DNA of 64,000 bases from Coriobacteriales bacterium. Lineage in GTDB: Bacteria > Actinomycetota > Coriobacteriia > Coriobacteriales > QAMH01. The notes under the pieces were generated by a model that had not been told where the DNA came from, ran no database searches, and saw only the letters and a list, made by a program, of their open reading frames with translations. A program made the translations under genes and the position numbers. Each line of letters starts with the position of its first letter. Within the stretch, counting starts at the first letter, position 1. Shown here one piece after another: positions 52,676 through 61,983 of this stretch. The stretch lies in contig JBMNPN010000002.1 of the NCBI GenBank assembly GCA_050943615.1, positions 224 to 64,223 of the forward strand, written 5' to 3'.

Positions 52676-53475
52676 TAGTCGTCCTCTCCTCCGAATTCCG
52701 GTGCGCACGTGCGCATGATCTCTTGGTTGTCGTGGGTGAATTCCACAAGCTTTACGTTGATGCCATAGGCATCCTGGATGTTCTCTCGAGTGATGATCTC
52801 GAACGCCGAGCCGAACTTCATCGGCTTGTCCTTCATGAAAAGCGCGACATTCGCGCCGGTCATGAAGGCGTGGTCGGGATTGTGCGTGACCATGAGGACG
52901 GCATAGCCGTTCTTTCTCAGATGCCGCACCTTCTCGATGACGCGCACCGCATTGCCGTAGTCGAGCGCGGCAGTTGGCTCGTCCATGATGAGCAGCTGGG
53001 GCTCTTGCGCAAGGGCGCGTGCGAACATGACCATCTGCAGCTCGCCGCCGGAGATGTCGTTGTAGGCAGCCTCGCGCAGGTGCAAGATGCCCATCTCCTC
53101 CATCGCGTTCTCGACGATGTTGTAGTCCTTGCGCGTGGGCTGGCCGTTGAGCGACTTGATCTTGTTCATGCGGCCCATCATGACGACGTCCTTTACCTGG
53201 AAGGGGAAGGGCTGGTCATGGCGCTGGGCAACGTAGGCGATGGAATCGGAAAGGCGCGAGGCCGACCAGCGGGTGATGTCGCTTCCGTCGAGCGTAATCG
53301 ACCCGGAGAACAGCGGGTTCAGGCCGAGGATGGTCTTCACGAGCGTCGTCTTTCCGCAGCCGTTCGGCCCGAGAATGCAGCACACCTCGCCGTCTTGTAC
53401 GGAGAAGTTCACGTTCTTCTGGACCGGATGCTCGGGATCGTAGCCGACCGCTGCATCTCGCACGATGAGCTTCAT
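52675..53475 (-). CDS. FecE/BtuD-type ABC ATPase
   Basis: GPNGCGKT, ISGGELQ, IMDEPT, VTHNP. Confidence 0.93.
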   Translation of the reverse strand: MKLIVRDAAVGYDPEHPVQKNVNFSVQDGEVCCILGPNGCGKTTLVKTILGLNPLFSGSITLDGSDITRWSASRLSDSIAYVAQRHDQPFPFQVKDVVMMGRMNKIKSLNGQPTRKDYNIVENAMEEMGILHLREAAYNDISGGELQMVMFARALAQEPQLLIMDEPTAALDYGNAVRVIEKVRHLRKNGYAVLMVTHNPDHAFMTGANVALFMKDKPMKFGSAFEIITRENIQDAYGINVKLVEFTHDNQEIMRTCAPEFGGEDD

Positions 53476-53484
53476 GGGCCTCAC

Positions 53485-54774
53485 CTACTCCCAACTGCGC
53501 ATGCCGCGCACGACTATGAGGATGAACAGGGGCAGTGCCACGATGGAGACCACCGAGCCGATGGCGATGCCGTCTCCCACAAAGGGGATGCAGTCGGTGA
53601 TGTCGCGGCAGACGAGAAGGAAAATCATGCCACAGCAGATGCTTCCGGTGAACTGCTTGGTGAACTCCGTTCCAAAGAGGCTCCGCGCCAAGAACGGCGC
53701 GAGCAGCGTGACCATCCCGACGACGCCGGTATGGATCTGGGCGGCGAGCATCATGATGGCGCCGCAGATGAGCGCGACGATGCGCAGGGCGTTGTAGTTG
53801 ATGCCGAGGAGCTTGACGTCTTGCTCGTCGAAGGAAAGTGCGTTCATCTTGAAGCGCAGCAGGTAGACAGGGAGGATCGAGAGCACGGACACGATTCCGA
53901 GCACGATCCAGGAAGTCGCCGAGGTATCGACCGTGAGCATCTGGGAGATGGTGTAGAAGGTCTGGTAGTCCTGCTCGTCCATGACGAAAAGCGTCATGTA
54001 CTGGACCACAAAGCCGAGCAACTGTCCCAAGATCATGCCGATGAGCACGGTCGAGAGGATATCGAAGGGCTTGCCGCGTCTCGAGAGCTTCTTGCCGCAT
54101 ACCATGACCAGGACAAGGATCGCCGCCCCGATGCCGTAGCAGAGCAGGTAGCGCATGTTCACCATGTCGGTCGCCGCGCTCCCGTAGATTGCGACGAGCA
54201 GCATGACGCCGAACTGGATGCCAGACGAGGCGCCGAGCATGTTGGGCCCGGCGATGGGGTTCTTGAACACGTTCTGGTACAGCATGCCGGAGATGGAGAG
54301 CAGCGCTGCGCAGATGAGGGTGATGCCCACGACCTGCAGTTTGTCGAAGACCGCCCAGTAGCAGGGGCAGTTTTCGAGCAGCCATTCCTTTGAGCGCGGG
54401 TCGAAGGCGTGCGTCACGTCGGCAATGGCGTTGTAAGCGTGCAGGTAGAGCGCGTCCCACACCTGAAGCGGCGTGTAAAACCAGTAGGGCCCGCTATAGG
54501 AATAGTCCTGCCCCGCTGCCCCCACGCAGCACAACGAGAAAAAGGAGATGACGATGAGAAGCCCTATGGAGATGGCCACGCGGATGGCGGACCTGTCGTG
54601 TTCGGCGCGGTAGAGCTTGTTGGTCTCGCGCATGGAGAGCTTGCGGCTGACGGTGCCGACGCGCATGGCACGGCTCCGCGAGATGAACGAGCCGTTGCGC
54701 AGCCGCGCGATGTCGGTTGCCGTGTAGCTCGATGCAGAGGCGTGCGTATCGGAATCGCTCTTCTTAGATGCCAT
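53485..54774 (-). CDS. FecCD/BtuC-family ABC permease
   Basis: LSISGMLYQNVFKNPIAGPNMLG, MNALSFDEQDVKLLG; paralog of 10130-11389. Confidence 0.9.
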   Translation of the reverse strand: MASKKSDSDTHASASSYTATDIARLRNGSFISRSRAMRVGTVSRKLSMRETNKLYRAEHDRSAIRVAISIGLLIVISFFSLCCVGAAGQDYSYSGPYWFYTPLQVWDALYLHAYNAIADVTHAFDPRSKEWLLENCPCYWAVFDKLQVVGITLICAALLSISGMLYQNVFKNPIAGPNMLGASSGIQFGVMLLVAIYGSAATDMVNMRYLLCYGIGAAILVLVMVCGKKLSRRGKPFDILSTVLIGMILGQLLGFVVQYMTLFVMDEQDYQTFYTISQMLTVDTSATSWIVLGIVSVLSILPVYLLRFKMNALSFDEQDVKLLGINYNALRIVALICGAIMMLAAQIHTGVVGMVTLLAPFLARSLFGTEFTKQFTGSICCGMIFLLVCRDITDCIPFVGDGIAIGSVVSIVALPLFILIVVRGMRSWE

Positions 54775-56068
54775 TGCGCTCACCTCCCTTGTTGCGCAAG
54801 GCGACGACGAGGAACACGATGGCGCCGAAGATGGAGATGTACATTCCGCTCATGGTCTCGTAGTCGGACCCGAACAGCGCCGAGACGAGCACGTAGGCCC
54901 CGAGCACGAAGATCGCGCCGAGCACAAGCGCTGCTGGCAGCAGGTACTTGAAGTTCGGTCCCACGATGCGGCGCGAGAGGTGGGGGATGAGAAATCCCAC
55001 GAAGCCGACCGCTCCGGCAAAGGAGACGATGATCGCCGTGAGCAGGGTGCAGACGGTGATGGTTATGATGCGCATCTTGCGGGTCTCCACGCCGAGGGTG
55101 CGGGCCTCCTCTTCGCCCAGGCCCAGCACCATCATCTTCTGGCGGTAGTGCATGATGACCGCAAAGCAAAGTGCCAATGGGGCCAACAGCGCGAGCACGT
55201 CGATCCAGGAGTAGGAGCGGTAAAAACTTGATATCTGGAGCTGCGTCAGCAGCTGCGCTTTCACGCCCTCGGGGTCAAGCGTCACGTAGTAATAGCGCAC
55301 GGTGTTCACGATGGCCCCGCACACGCCGCCGACAACCTGGCCGACGATGATGATGACGATGTTCGACTTGGAGAAGCGCCCCAGAAAGCGCATGCACAAG
55401 AGCACGAGCACGACGACCACGGCGCAGCCAACAAACTGCAGGAGCGAAAGCCCGTAGGTCGCGAGCAGGTCGTCTGCGCTCGATATGCCTCCCGACGAGG
55501 TGGACGAAGTTCCGCTGACGAGCGCGCTGACCCAGCCTATCTGGTCTCCCTCATCGCTCACGAAAAAGACGATCCAGATGACCATGCCAAGCGAGGCCCC
55601 GCTCATGACGCCCAGAGTCGAGGGCGAGACGAGCGCGTTTCGGAAACTTCCCTGATACACCGCTCCGCACAGGGCAAGGCCCGCACCGGAGAGGCAGACG
55701 ACGATGTAGCGGAAGAACGTGTTGCTGAAGATCGCGGACCCGGTCTGATTGCCCGTGAAAAACGCGATGAGCCCGTTGACGTTGTCCGAGAGCCCCTGAA
55801 TGAACCAGGAGAGGTTGTAGCCCTGGCCATAGCCGGTGCTGTTGAGGCCCTCGTTGAGCATGTTCTTGGGGATGAGGAGCCCTAAGAAGAAAAGGACGAC
55901 GAGCACGATGCACATGATGAACACGCGTTGCGCACGCGGGTCGATGCGGTGCCCCTCGTCCCGAGATTGCGCGTAGACGTTCTGGCCGTCGTCTTCCCCG
56001 AAGCTGATGTTCTCCGAGGTCGGGGCGTCAAGGCGCTCTGGTTGCCTGTCTTTGCTGCGCTTGGGCAT
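54764..56068 (-). CDS. FecCD/BtuC-family ABC permease
   Basis: GAGLALCGAVYQGSFRNALVSPSTLG, LGEEEARTLG, GAVGFVGFLIPH; paralog of 8839-10146. Confidence 0.9.
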   Translation of the reverse strand: MPKRSKDRQPERLDAPTSENISFGEDDGQNVYAQSRDEGHRIDPRAQRVFIMCIVLVVLFFLGLLIPKNMLNEGLNSTGYGQGYNLSWFIQGLSDNVNGLIAFFTGNQTGSAIFSNTFFRYIVVCLSGAGLALCGAVYQGSFRNALVSPSTLGVMSGASLGMVIWIVFFVSDEGDQIGWVSALVSGTSSTSSGGISSADDLLATYGLSLLQFVGCAVVVVLVLLCMRFLGRFSKSNIVIIIVGQVVGGVCGAIVNTVRYYYVTLDPEGVKAQLLTQLQISSFYRSYSWIDVLALLAPLALCFAVIMHYRQKMMVLGLGEEEARTLGVETRKMRIITITVCTLLTAIIVSFAGAVGFVGFLIPHLSRRIVGPNFKYLLPAALVLGAIFVLGAYVLVSALFGSDYETMSGMYISIFGAIVFLVVALRNKGGERNGI

Positions 56069-56072
56069 GGTT

Positions 56073-59000
56073 TTAGAAGCTTACCGGCTCTTTGTCGGGC
56101 AGGGGGTCCGTCTCGTCTTCCGGCGCATCCTTGCGCTGGCGCTTGATGAAGAACCACACGATGCGCGCTGCAAGTGCCGCGAACAAGGCGAGCACCGCGG
56201 CAAAGCCGATGAGGTTCCCGATCCCAGTATCGTTGTCCGTGCCGCCTGCGCTCTCGCCCGTGTTGCCGACACTGGTGCCTGTGGGGGTGCCAGTTCCGGT
56301 TGTGCCTTGCGAGGCAGCGACCGGGGACGGCTTGGTAGCATTTGAGCTCTTGGGAACCGTGGGCTTGACAGCGGTGGGCGTTGCCGTTGGAGGCGTGGGC
56401 TTCTCCGTGTTCACCTTGACTGTCGATGCGGCATTGTCAGTGGCCTTGAGGGCGATCTCGAGGTTCCCGGTGCCATCTTCGACATAACCCAGGGAAGTAA
56501 TCTTGAAGCTGAGCTTTGCCGCGTTTTCCGAGACGGCAGAGTAATTGATCCCCGAGCTTCCCAACCAGTACGAGCGCGTCTTGTCCTCACGCGCGCCCTT
56601 TCGGACCTTTGCCGTGATCTTTATCGTCCCGAAATTGTCGTAGACCTCTATCGTCTTGCCATTGAGCTCATAGGTGAGGTGCACCTCGTAGATGGCCTTG
56701 TTCTTGTTGGCGTCGAGCAGCGGCTCGTAGCCCATGCGCACGGCCTTGTTGCGGATAACCGAATCGGCCGTGCTCACCGTGGATATCGTGAGGCGAAGCT
56801 TCTTTGCCTCGTCGAGGTCCTCGGCGGTGATATGGGCCTTGCTCACGTCTACGGACAGTTCGCTTTTGGCGCGCTTGTCCATCTTGACCTTGATGTCGCT
56901 TCTCGTGACGCCATCGCTCGAATCATCGCCGAACACGGCATAGAGCGTGAGCTCGTCGCCCGATGTTGGGGCGACGGCAGAGAGCTTTGCCGCGTTGACG
57001 CGCGCGATGTCGGGCGTGGTGGCGTTCTCCTTGGTCGACCAGCCGAGGAAGCGCAGTTTTTTCGATTTGTCCTTGGGGTTGCTCACGCCGCAGGATGTGA
57101 GAACGTCGTTGAAGTCCATCGTGGTCTTGACGGCGCCATTGGTCTTTGCGTACTGTTTGCCGTCCACTACGAAGGTGACGGTCAGCGTGCGGTCCTGCTC
57201 AGTGTACTTGCCATAGTAGATGTTCTTCCCGCTCTCAAATGAGCTGGAATCCGCGACTGCCGGCAGCGTACCGTCTTGCCAGTATGCTTCCTGGTCGGTC
57301 AGGCGCGGTCCCCATCCGGTGAAGGTATAGACCTTCTCGCTCGTTTTGACGACCGTGCCGCTGCTCGCGTAGTTTCTCGCAAGCGCGTTGGTATCGGCGT
57401 TGTACGAGGAGGTGAGGCCTTCCGTGACGGTCCATGATCCATCCTCGTTGCGGTAGCGGAACGTCACCTCTATTTCCTTTGCCGTCTTCTTGAACAGCGG
57501 GGTGAAGGTCATGTCCGAGGTCACGGTGGGGAGCTCGTCGAGCGTCTTGCCGTCTTGCTGCCAGGCCTCGAACTCGTACTCGTAGCCTTTCTCCTCATCG
57601 ATTTTGCTGGGGTCGTCCTTGCCGGTGGTGGGATCGACTTCTCCGCCTGCGGCTTCGTAGGAAGCCTTGGCGCCGTCGTCTGCGGCGTAGGCAAGAATGC
57701 GCCCGTCGGTGTCGAAGCGCACGAGGTGCTGCCCCGATTTCACTTCAACATAGACGGCGCTGAATTGCGCGGCCTTGTTCTGCTCGACGCCTGAAATATC
57801 GGTGTTGATGCGAATCTCGTCCTTCAGGGCACTCGCATCGAACTTGACTCCACCGCATTGCCAGCCGACAAAGCGATAGGTGGCTCCGTCTTGCGTGTAG
57901 CTTTCTGCCGTGCTGGGGAGCTCGACGCCTGCCTCGGAGAGCGTCTTTCCCAGGGTGACTTCGGCAGCCGCCGGGTCCTCGGCATCGGTGCCATCTCCGT
58001 TTTTCAGGCCGGTGAAGCTAACTGAAATCTGCGGTGTGCCCCACAGTTCGGCCGCCCCTTCATCGTCTACGGTGACCCCGTTGCCCTTCAGGTCCACGGT
58101 GTCGTCGGTCGCCTCGAGCTGCGAGCCGCCTACGGTGACCTCCGAAGACTCGGATACATGCGCTGCGCCCCCGGTAGGGGTCTTGCTGTAGACAACGCTC
58201 GAAGAGTCGTTGCCCGGCGTGGCTATCTCGCCTGTAGAATCCGGGTTGATGTAGAGCTTCAGGTTGAGCGTGCCGTATTTGACTGTAATCGCGTCGCTGC
58301 CGTGCTCTTCTGATAGGTCGGCGCTCTCATCTGCCGTCCAGGTGGATGCACCTTGAGCATCGAGCGCGTACGCGTCTCCCCTGGCGCAGGTCGCGTTCAC
58401 ATGTCCGGAGACCTCCACGTTCCCGGAAAACCTGCTCGACGAGGCGATCCCCACAGCTTCGGTGGCGATGGAGTAGCCCGATTGGACGAAGAAGTACTTG
58501 GGCACGATGCTGTCGAGCTTTCCGCGCGTGTCGGTTGTCTGCGGGTCGGAATAGACCCAGACCGCAACGCCGCTGTCGAGCACGAGGGGCGTGGCATAGT
58601 AGATTTCGGTGTCGTTCGAGCTCGAGTTGGTAGCGCTCGCCTCTTCGGAATCGTCGAACTTTGCCTCTTCCTTGAACTTTTCGCAGATCTCTTTGTAGAA
58701 ATCGGAGTTCTCGTCGGGGAATATCTGCACGAGGTTGCTTGCGCTGTAGGTCGTGTCGTTGCTCGTGGTGTCGACGGTCTGCCAACGTCCGCGCGAGACG
58801 CACGTGGCGTTGTTTACGGCCTCGACAGTGCTGTCGCTTGAAACGTCCACCTTGGCAGATTCTGAACTTGCAGTGGTGTAGATGCCCTCGACGCGGTTTG
58901 CACCGTAGGTACTCGCGTCGTTTTCCGTGGCGCTTGCCGTGAGAGAGGCGCTATCGCTGAGGACGGCAGAACCCGAGCTCACGTAGACACCGTAGAGGGC

Positions 59001-59582
59001 GGGCGTGGGCAGGTTCGAAGAGGTTGACGATCCCGTGTACGCGACCTTGAGCGTTGCGCTCTCGAGCTCGAAGGTGCCCCCTCCGCTCACGGAGACGCCG
59101 CAATAGGCGCCAGCGGTCCCGCTCGTCTCTTTGGAAGAACCGACGGTGACCGAGAGGGTGCCGCCGCTGATGCTGCTTGTCAGGGTGAAGGTGCCGCTCC
59201 CGCTAAAGGAGATGGCGCCGGACTTGCCCGATGCGGCGAGGGCGGAGGACAACGTGTGCCCCTTCAAGTCCAATGTGAGCGATTTCGCCGTGCTGATAGG
59301 GGCCGTGAGGCTCGCATCGGCCTCGAGCTCGATGGTGTCGCCGTCTGAAGCGGCGTCGAGCAGCGTGTCAAAACTCGTGAACTCGGATCGTTCGGTGCCG
59401 TGGACGAGCGTGAGCTCGCAGGTGTCCGTGTCGCTTTCCGCAAATGCCAGCCCCGTCCCCAAGGGATTTTCCCCATACGATGCGAATACACCTGGAGCTG
59501 CCTGGAACAAGACGAGCGAGGCACACAAAACGCCCGAGACGATGGGCTTTGCTGCGCGCTTGAAAGCAAACGAATGAAACAT
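56073..59582 (-). CDS. large membrane-anchored surface protein (beta-helix-like N-terminus, Listeria/Bacteroides-type repeats, Pro/Thr stalk, C-terminal TM)
   Basis: Signal peptide; FTSFDTLLDAA.DGDTIEL...LTLDLKGHTL; repeated Y.F.GW motifs; TM followed by KRQRK. Confidence 0.8.
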   Translation of the reverse strand: MFHSFAFKRAAKPIVSGVLCASLVLFQAAPGVFASYGENPLGTGLAFAESDTDTCELTLVHGTERSEFTSFDTLLDAASDGDTIELEADASLTAPISTAKSLTLDLKGHTLSSALAASGKSGAISFSGSGTFTLTSSISGGTLSVTVGSSKETSGTAGAYCGVSVSGGGTFELESATLKVAYTGSSTSSNLPTPALYGVYVSSGSAVLSDSASLTASATENDASTYGANRVEGIYTTASSESAKVDVSSDSTVEAVNNATCVSRGRWQTVDTTSNDTTYSASNLVQIFPDENSDFYKEICEKFKEEAKFDDSEEASATNSSSNDTEIYYATPLVLDSGVAVWVYSDPQTTDTRGKLDSIVPKYFFVQSGYSIATEAVGIASSSRFSGNVEVSGHVNATCARGDAYALDAQGASTWTADESADLSEEHGSDAITVKYGTLNLKLYINPDSTGEIATPGNDSSSVVYSKTPTGGAAHVSESSEVTVGGSQLEATDDTVDLKGNGVTVDDEGAAELWGTPQISVSFTGLKNGDGTDAEDPAAAEVTLGKTLSEAGVELPSTAESYTQDGATYRFVGWQCGGVKFDASALKDEIRINTDISGVEQNKAAQFSAVYVEVKSGQHLVRFDTDGRILAYAADDGAKASYEAAGGEVDPTTGKDDPSKIDEEKGYEYEFEAWQQDGKTLDELPTVTSDMTFTPLFKKTAKEIEVTFRYRNEDGSWTVTEGLTSSYNADTNALARNYASSGTVVKTSEKVYTFTGWGPRLTDQEAYWQDGTLPAVADSSSFESGKNIYYGKYTEQDRTLTVTFVVDGKQYAKTNGAVKTTMDFNDVLTSCGVSNPKDKSKKLRFLGWSTKENATTPDIARVNAAKLSAVAPTSGDELTLYAVFGDDSSDGVTRSDIKVKMDKRAKSELSVDVSKAHITAEDLDEAKKLRLTISTVSTADSVIRNKAVRMGYEPLLDANKNKAIYEVHLTYELNGKTIEVYDNFGTIKITAKVRKGAREDKTRSYWLGSSGINYSAVSENAAKLSFKITSLGYVEDGTGNLEIALKATDNAASTVKVNTEKPTPPTATPTAVKPTVPKSSNATKPSPVAASQGTTGTGTPTGTSVGNTGESAGGTDNDTGIGNLIGFAAVLALFAALAARIVWFFIKRQRKDAPEDETDPLPDKEPVSF

Positions 59583-60018
59583 GGAGCGACGGAACCTTAC
59601 TGACTATCGTGATTTTTCAGAGGCTACATTAGCATGAAAATAATGCGCAACGAATATATAAATCAATGGAGATAATGCGCATAAAAATATTATTTACATA
59701 TTCATATATATCGAAAAATATATACATCATGCATCGTGACGAGTCAGCTCTATATTGTGAACATTCTGAAAATATTGATGCGGATAGCACGCTTTCCAAC
59801 AATCGGGGGGAACGGGCTGATAATTGGAATACGCATGTTCAGAGTGGCACTCTGCGTGTATTGGGTAAGCGAATGACATCATGAATGCAGACCAATCCAG
59901 AATGCTGAAAGAATACGTTTTCAGAGAAAGAAATTTATTCTCCCCTATATGTCCTTTAAGCATATGAATCACAAAGAAAATAGATTTTTATATATACAAT
60001 CTCATTCCGAGATATTAT

Positions 60019-61902
60019 ATGCTCCAGGCTATGCTGTACCGAGGGGATAATTCTAAGGTAAAGAAATTGCTCGTGACGCTGCTGGTCCTAGTGACCGCGG
60101 CCTCGCTTTGCATGCTCGGAGGATGCAAGTACACCGACATCTTGACCGAGCACATCGAAGACCCCGTCAACGGCACGGTCAATGAGAACATGGACCCGAT
60201 CTACAAGGACGTCGACAACGCGAAGAAGGACTCCACGCGCGTTGCCACGCACCGCAACACCTCAAAGACCCTCGACAAGCAGACCGAGGAGCTTCCTGTC
60301 TACGATAAGAACGCTCCGGATAATGGGCCGACTGACCAGCGTATTCAAAGCGATGACAGCTCCCATACGGAAACTGCGACACAAGGCACGAAGGAGTCCA
60401 AGAACAAAAAGGGCCATACCAAGAAAAACGACAAGGACAAGAAGAAGGACAAGCAATCGGGCGACAAGTCGGACAAGGACTCGCAGAGCAAGAGCGATAC
60501 AAACCAGACCAGCGATGACACCGACGACGATGGTAAGAGCTCTTCTTCGAGCAACGGGACGTCCGGTGGCAATGGCGGCTCGGCGAAGGTCTACGACGAC
60601 AGCACCTACAAAGACCTCCCCGAGAACGTCCAGACCGTTGCGGCGGCGGGGCAATACGCATCGCTCGTGCAAATGTTCTCCGGGGAGACGGGCGCGCATC
60701 TCGTGGCTGCTGACAACGCCTGGCTTTCGCGCGTCAAGTCCCTCGGTGCATTCGACGGCGAGGGCATAGAGGATATCGCCGTGGGATGGTCGGGAGACAC
60801 CGATCAGAACAGCAGCGGCTCTGCGGATAACGCGAAGGTCTCGGCAATCATCAAGGCAAAGCCCGATGTGGTGCTAATAGACGGCAACGACGACGACTCG
60901 AACCTCTCGAAATCCGCCATGGACAAGCTCGTGGACGCCGGCATAAGCGTCGTCACGATGCCAAAGCTCGGCTCGCTGTTCACGAGCGACGAGGACATTG
61001 TCGATGCGGCACGTATCGTGGGCTCGCTGCTCTCGGACTCGACGAATGGGTATTCCACCAAGATGGCCAAGAGCTATATCTCCTTCCATGACCAGCTCGT
61101 GAGCGACGATGCCGATTACTACTACAAGCCCGGCTATGTGCACAAGTACCAGGATGGCGAGTCCACGACGGGTTCTGCCAAGCAGGGCGCGTGCACCACG
61201 GTTTTCGTGGACCATATCGCCTCGACGACCACGTCGACCACAAAGGCCTCGCGCAATTACTCTGCTTACGGCGACCCGCTCTATCTGGATGGCGAGACCC
61301 TGGACACGAGCGACGGAGTCGGCATGTCGATCTCCGGCTCAGGATATGCGCTGATGGACTATTACTTCCAGCTTGGCGGGGTGGTCAACAACTCCTATCC
61401 TCGTGTCAAGCCGTCGAACAGTGCCTCCTACGCGATTGTCGCGGGACAGGATGCGCGCGGTATTCTGAGCGTAGACGCTGCCAACCGCGATACGCCCTCG
61501 GCGCTCTGGTATGCCCCCTCGAGCGATTCCGCGGTCATCACCGTTGGAGACGGCACCTATCCTGCCATCGTGGCCCGTGACTCCGATATCGCAAAGACGA
61601 TACAGGCCTCGGCGGATAAGACGAACGGTCTCTATAACGTCGGTCAGAAATACGAAATCTACGTGATGCCCTCGGGGCTTTCCGGCAACTGGGCCGATGG
61701 CACGGTCGAGAGCTTCCTCACGATGTACTGGGCATCCGTGTGCCTGACCTCGAGCTCTCCGTCGGGGTCGAGTCTGGATGGCCTTATGGATTACATCAAG
61801 AGCTTTTACTCGACTTACTACCGTGTGGATGCCTCGAAGGTCGCCACGCACTTCAATCAGTCAATTTACAACCCCCTGAAAGCGGCATGTCCGCGTTCTT
61901 AA
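60019..61902 (+). CDS. lipoprotein with Lys/Asp/Ser linker and SBP-like domain
   Basis: Lipobox LGGC then KYTDIL.E; VAAAGQYASLVQM, KAKPDVVLI, YVMPSGLSGNW; paralog of 16599-18740. Confidence 0.72.
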   Translation: MLQAMLYRGDNSKVKKLLVTLLVLVTAASLCMLGGCKYTDILTEHIEDPVNGTVNENMDPIYKDVDNAKKDSTRVATHRNTSKTLDKQTEELPVYDKNAPDNGPTDQRIQSDDSSHTETATQGTKESKNKKGHTKKNDKDKKKDKQSGDKSDKDSQSKSDTNQTSDDTDDDGKSSSSSNGTSGGNGGSAKVYDDSTYKDLPENVQTVAAAGQYASLVQMFSGETGAHLVAADNAWLSRVKSLGAFDGEGIEDIAVGWSGDTDQNSSGSADNAKVSAIIKAKPDVVLIDGNDDDSNLSKSAMDKLVDAGISVVTMPKLGSLFTSDEDIVDAARIVGSLLSDSTNGYSTKMAKSYISFHDQLVSDDADYYYKPGYVHKYQDGESTTGSAKQGACTTVFVDHIASTTTSTTKASRNYSAYGDPLYLDGETLDTSDGVGMSISGSGYALMDYYFQLGGVVNNSYPRVKPSNSASYAIVAGQDARGILSVDAANRDTPSALWYAPSSDSAVITVGDGTYPAIVARDSDIAKTIQASADKTNGLYNVGQKYEIYVMPSGLSGNWADGTVESFLTMYWASVCLTSSSPSGSSLDGLMDYIKSFYSTYYRVDASKVATHFNQSIYNPLKAACPRS

Positions 61903-61983
61903 TTCAATGCAAGCCCAGATGAAAGGAGGCTGCGCCCATTAGATCTTGAGAGTTAGAAAGTACGTTTGTGAGGAAGGTAATGC

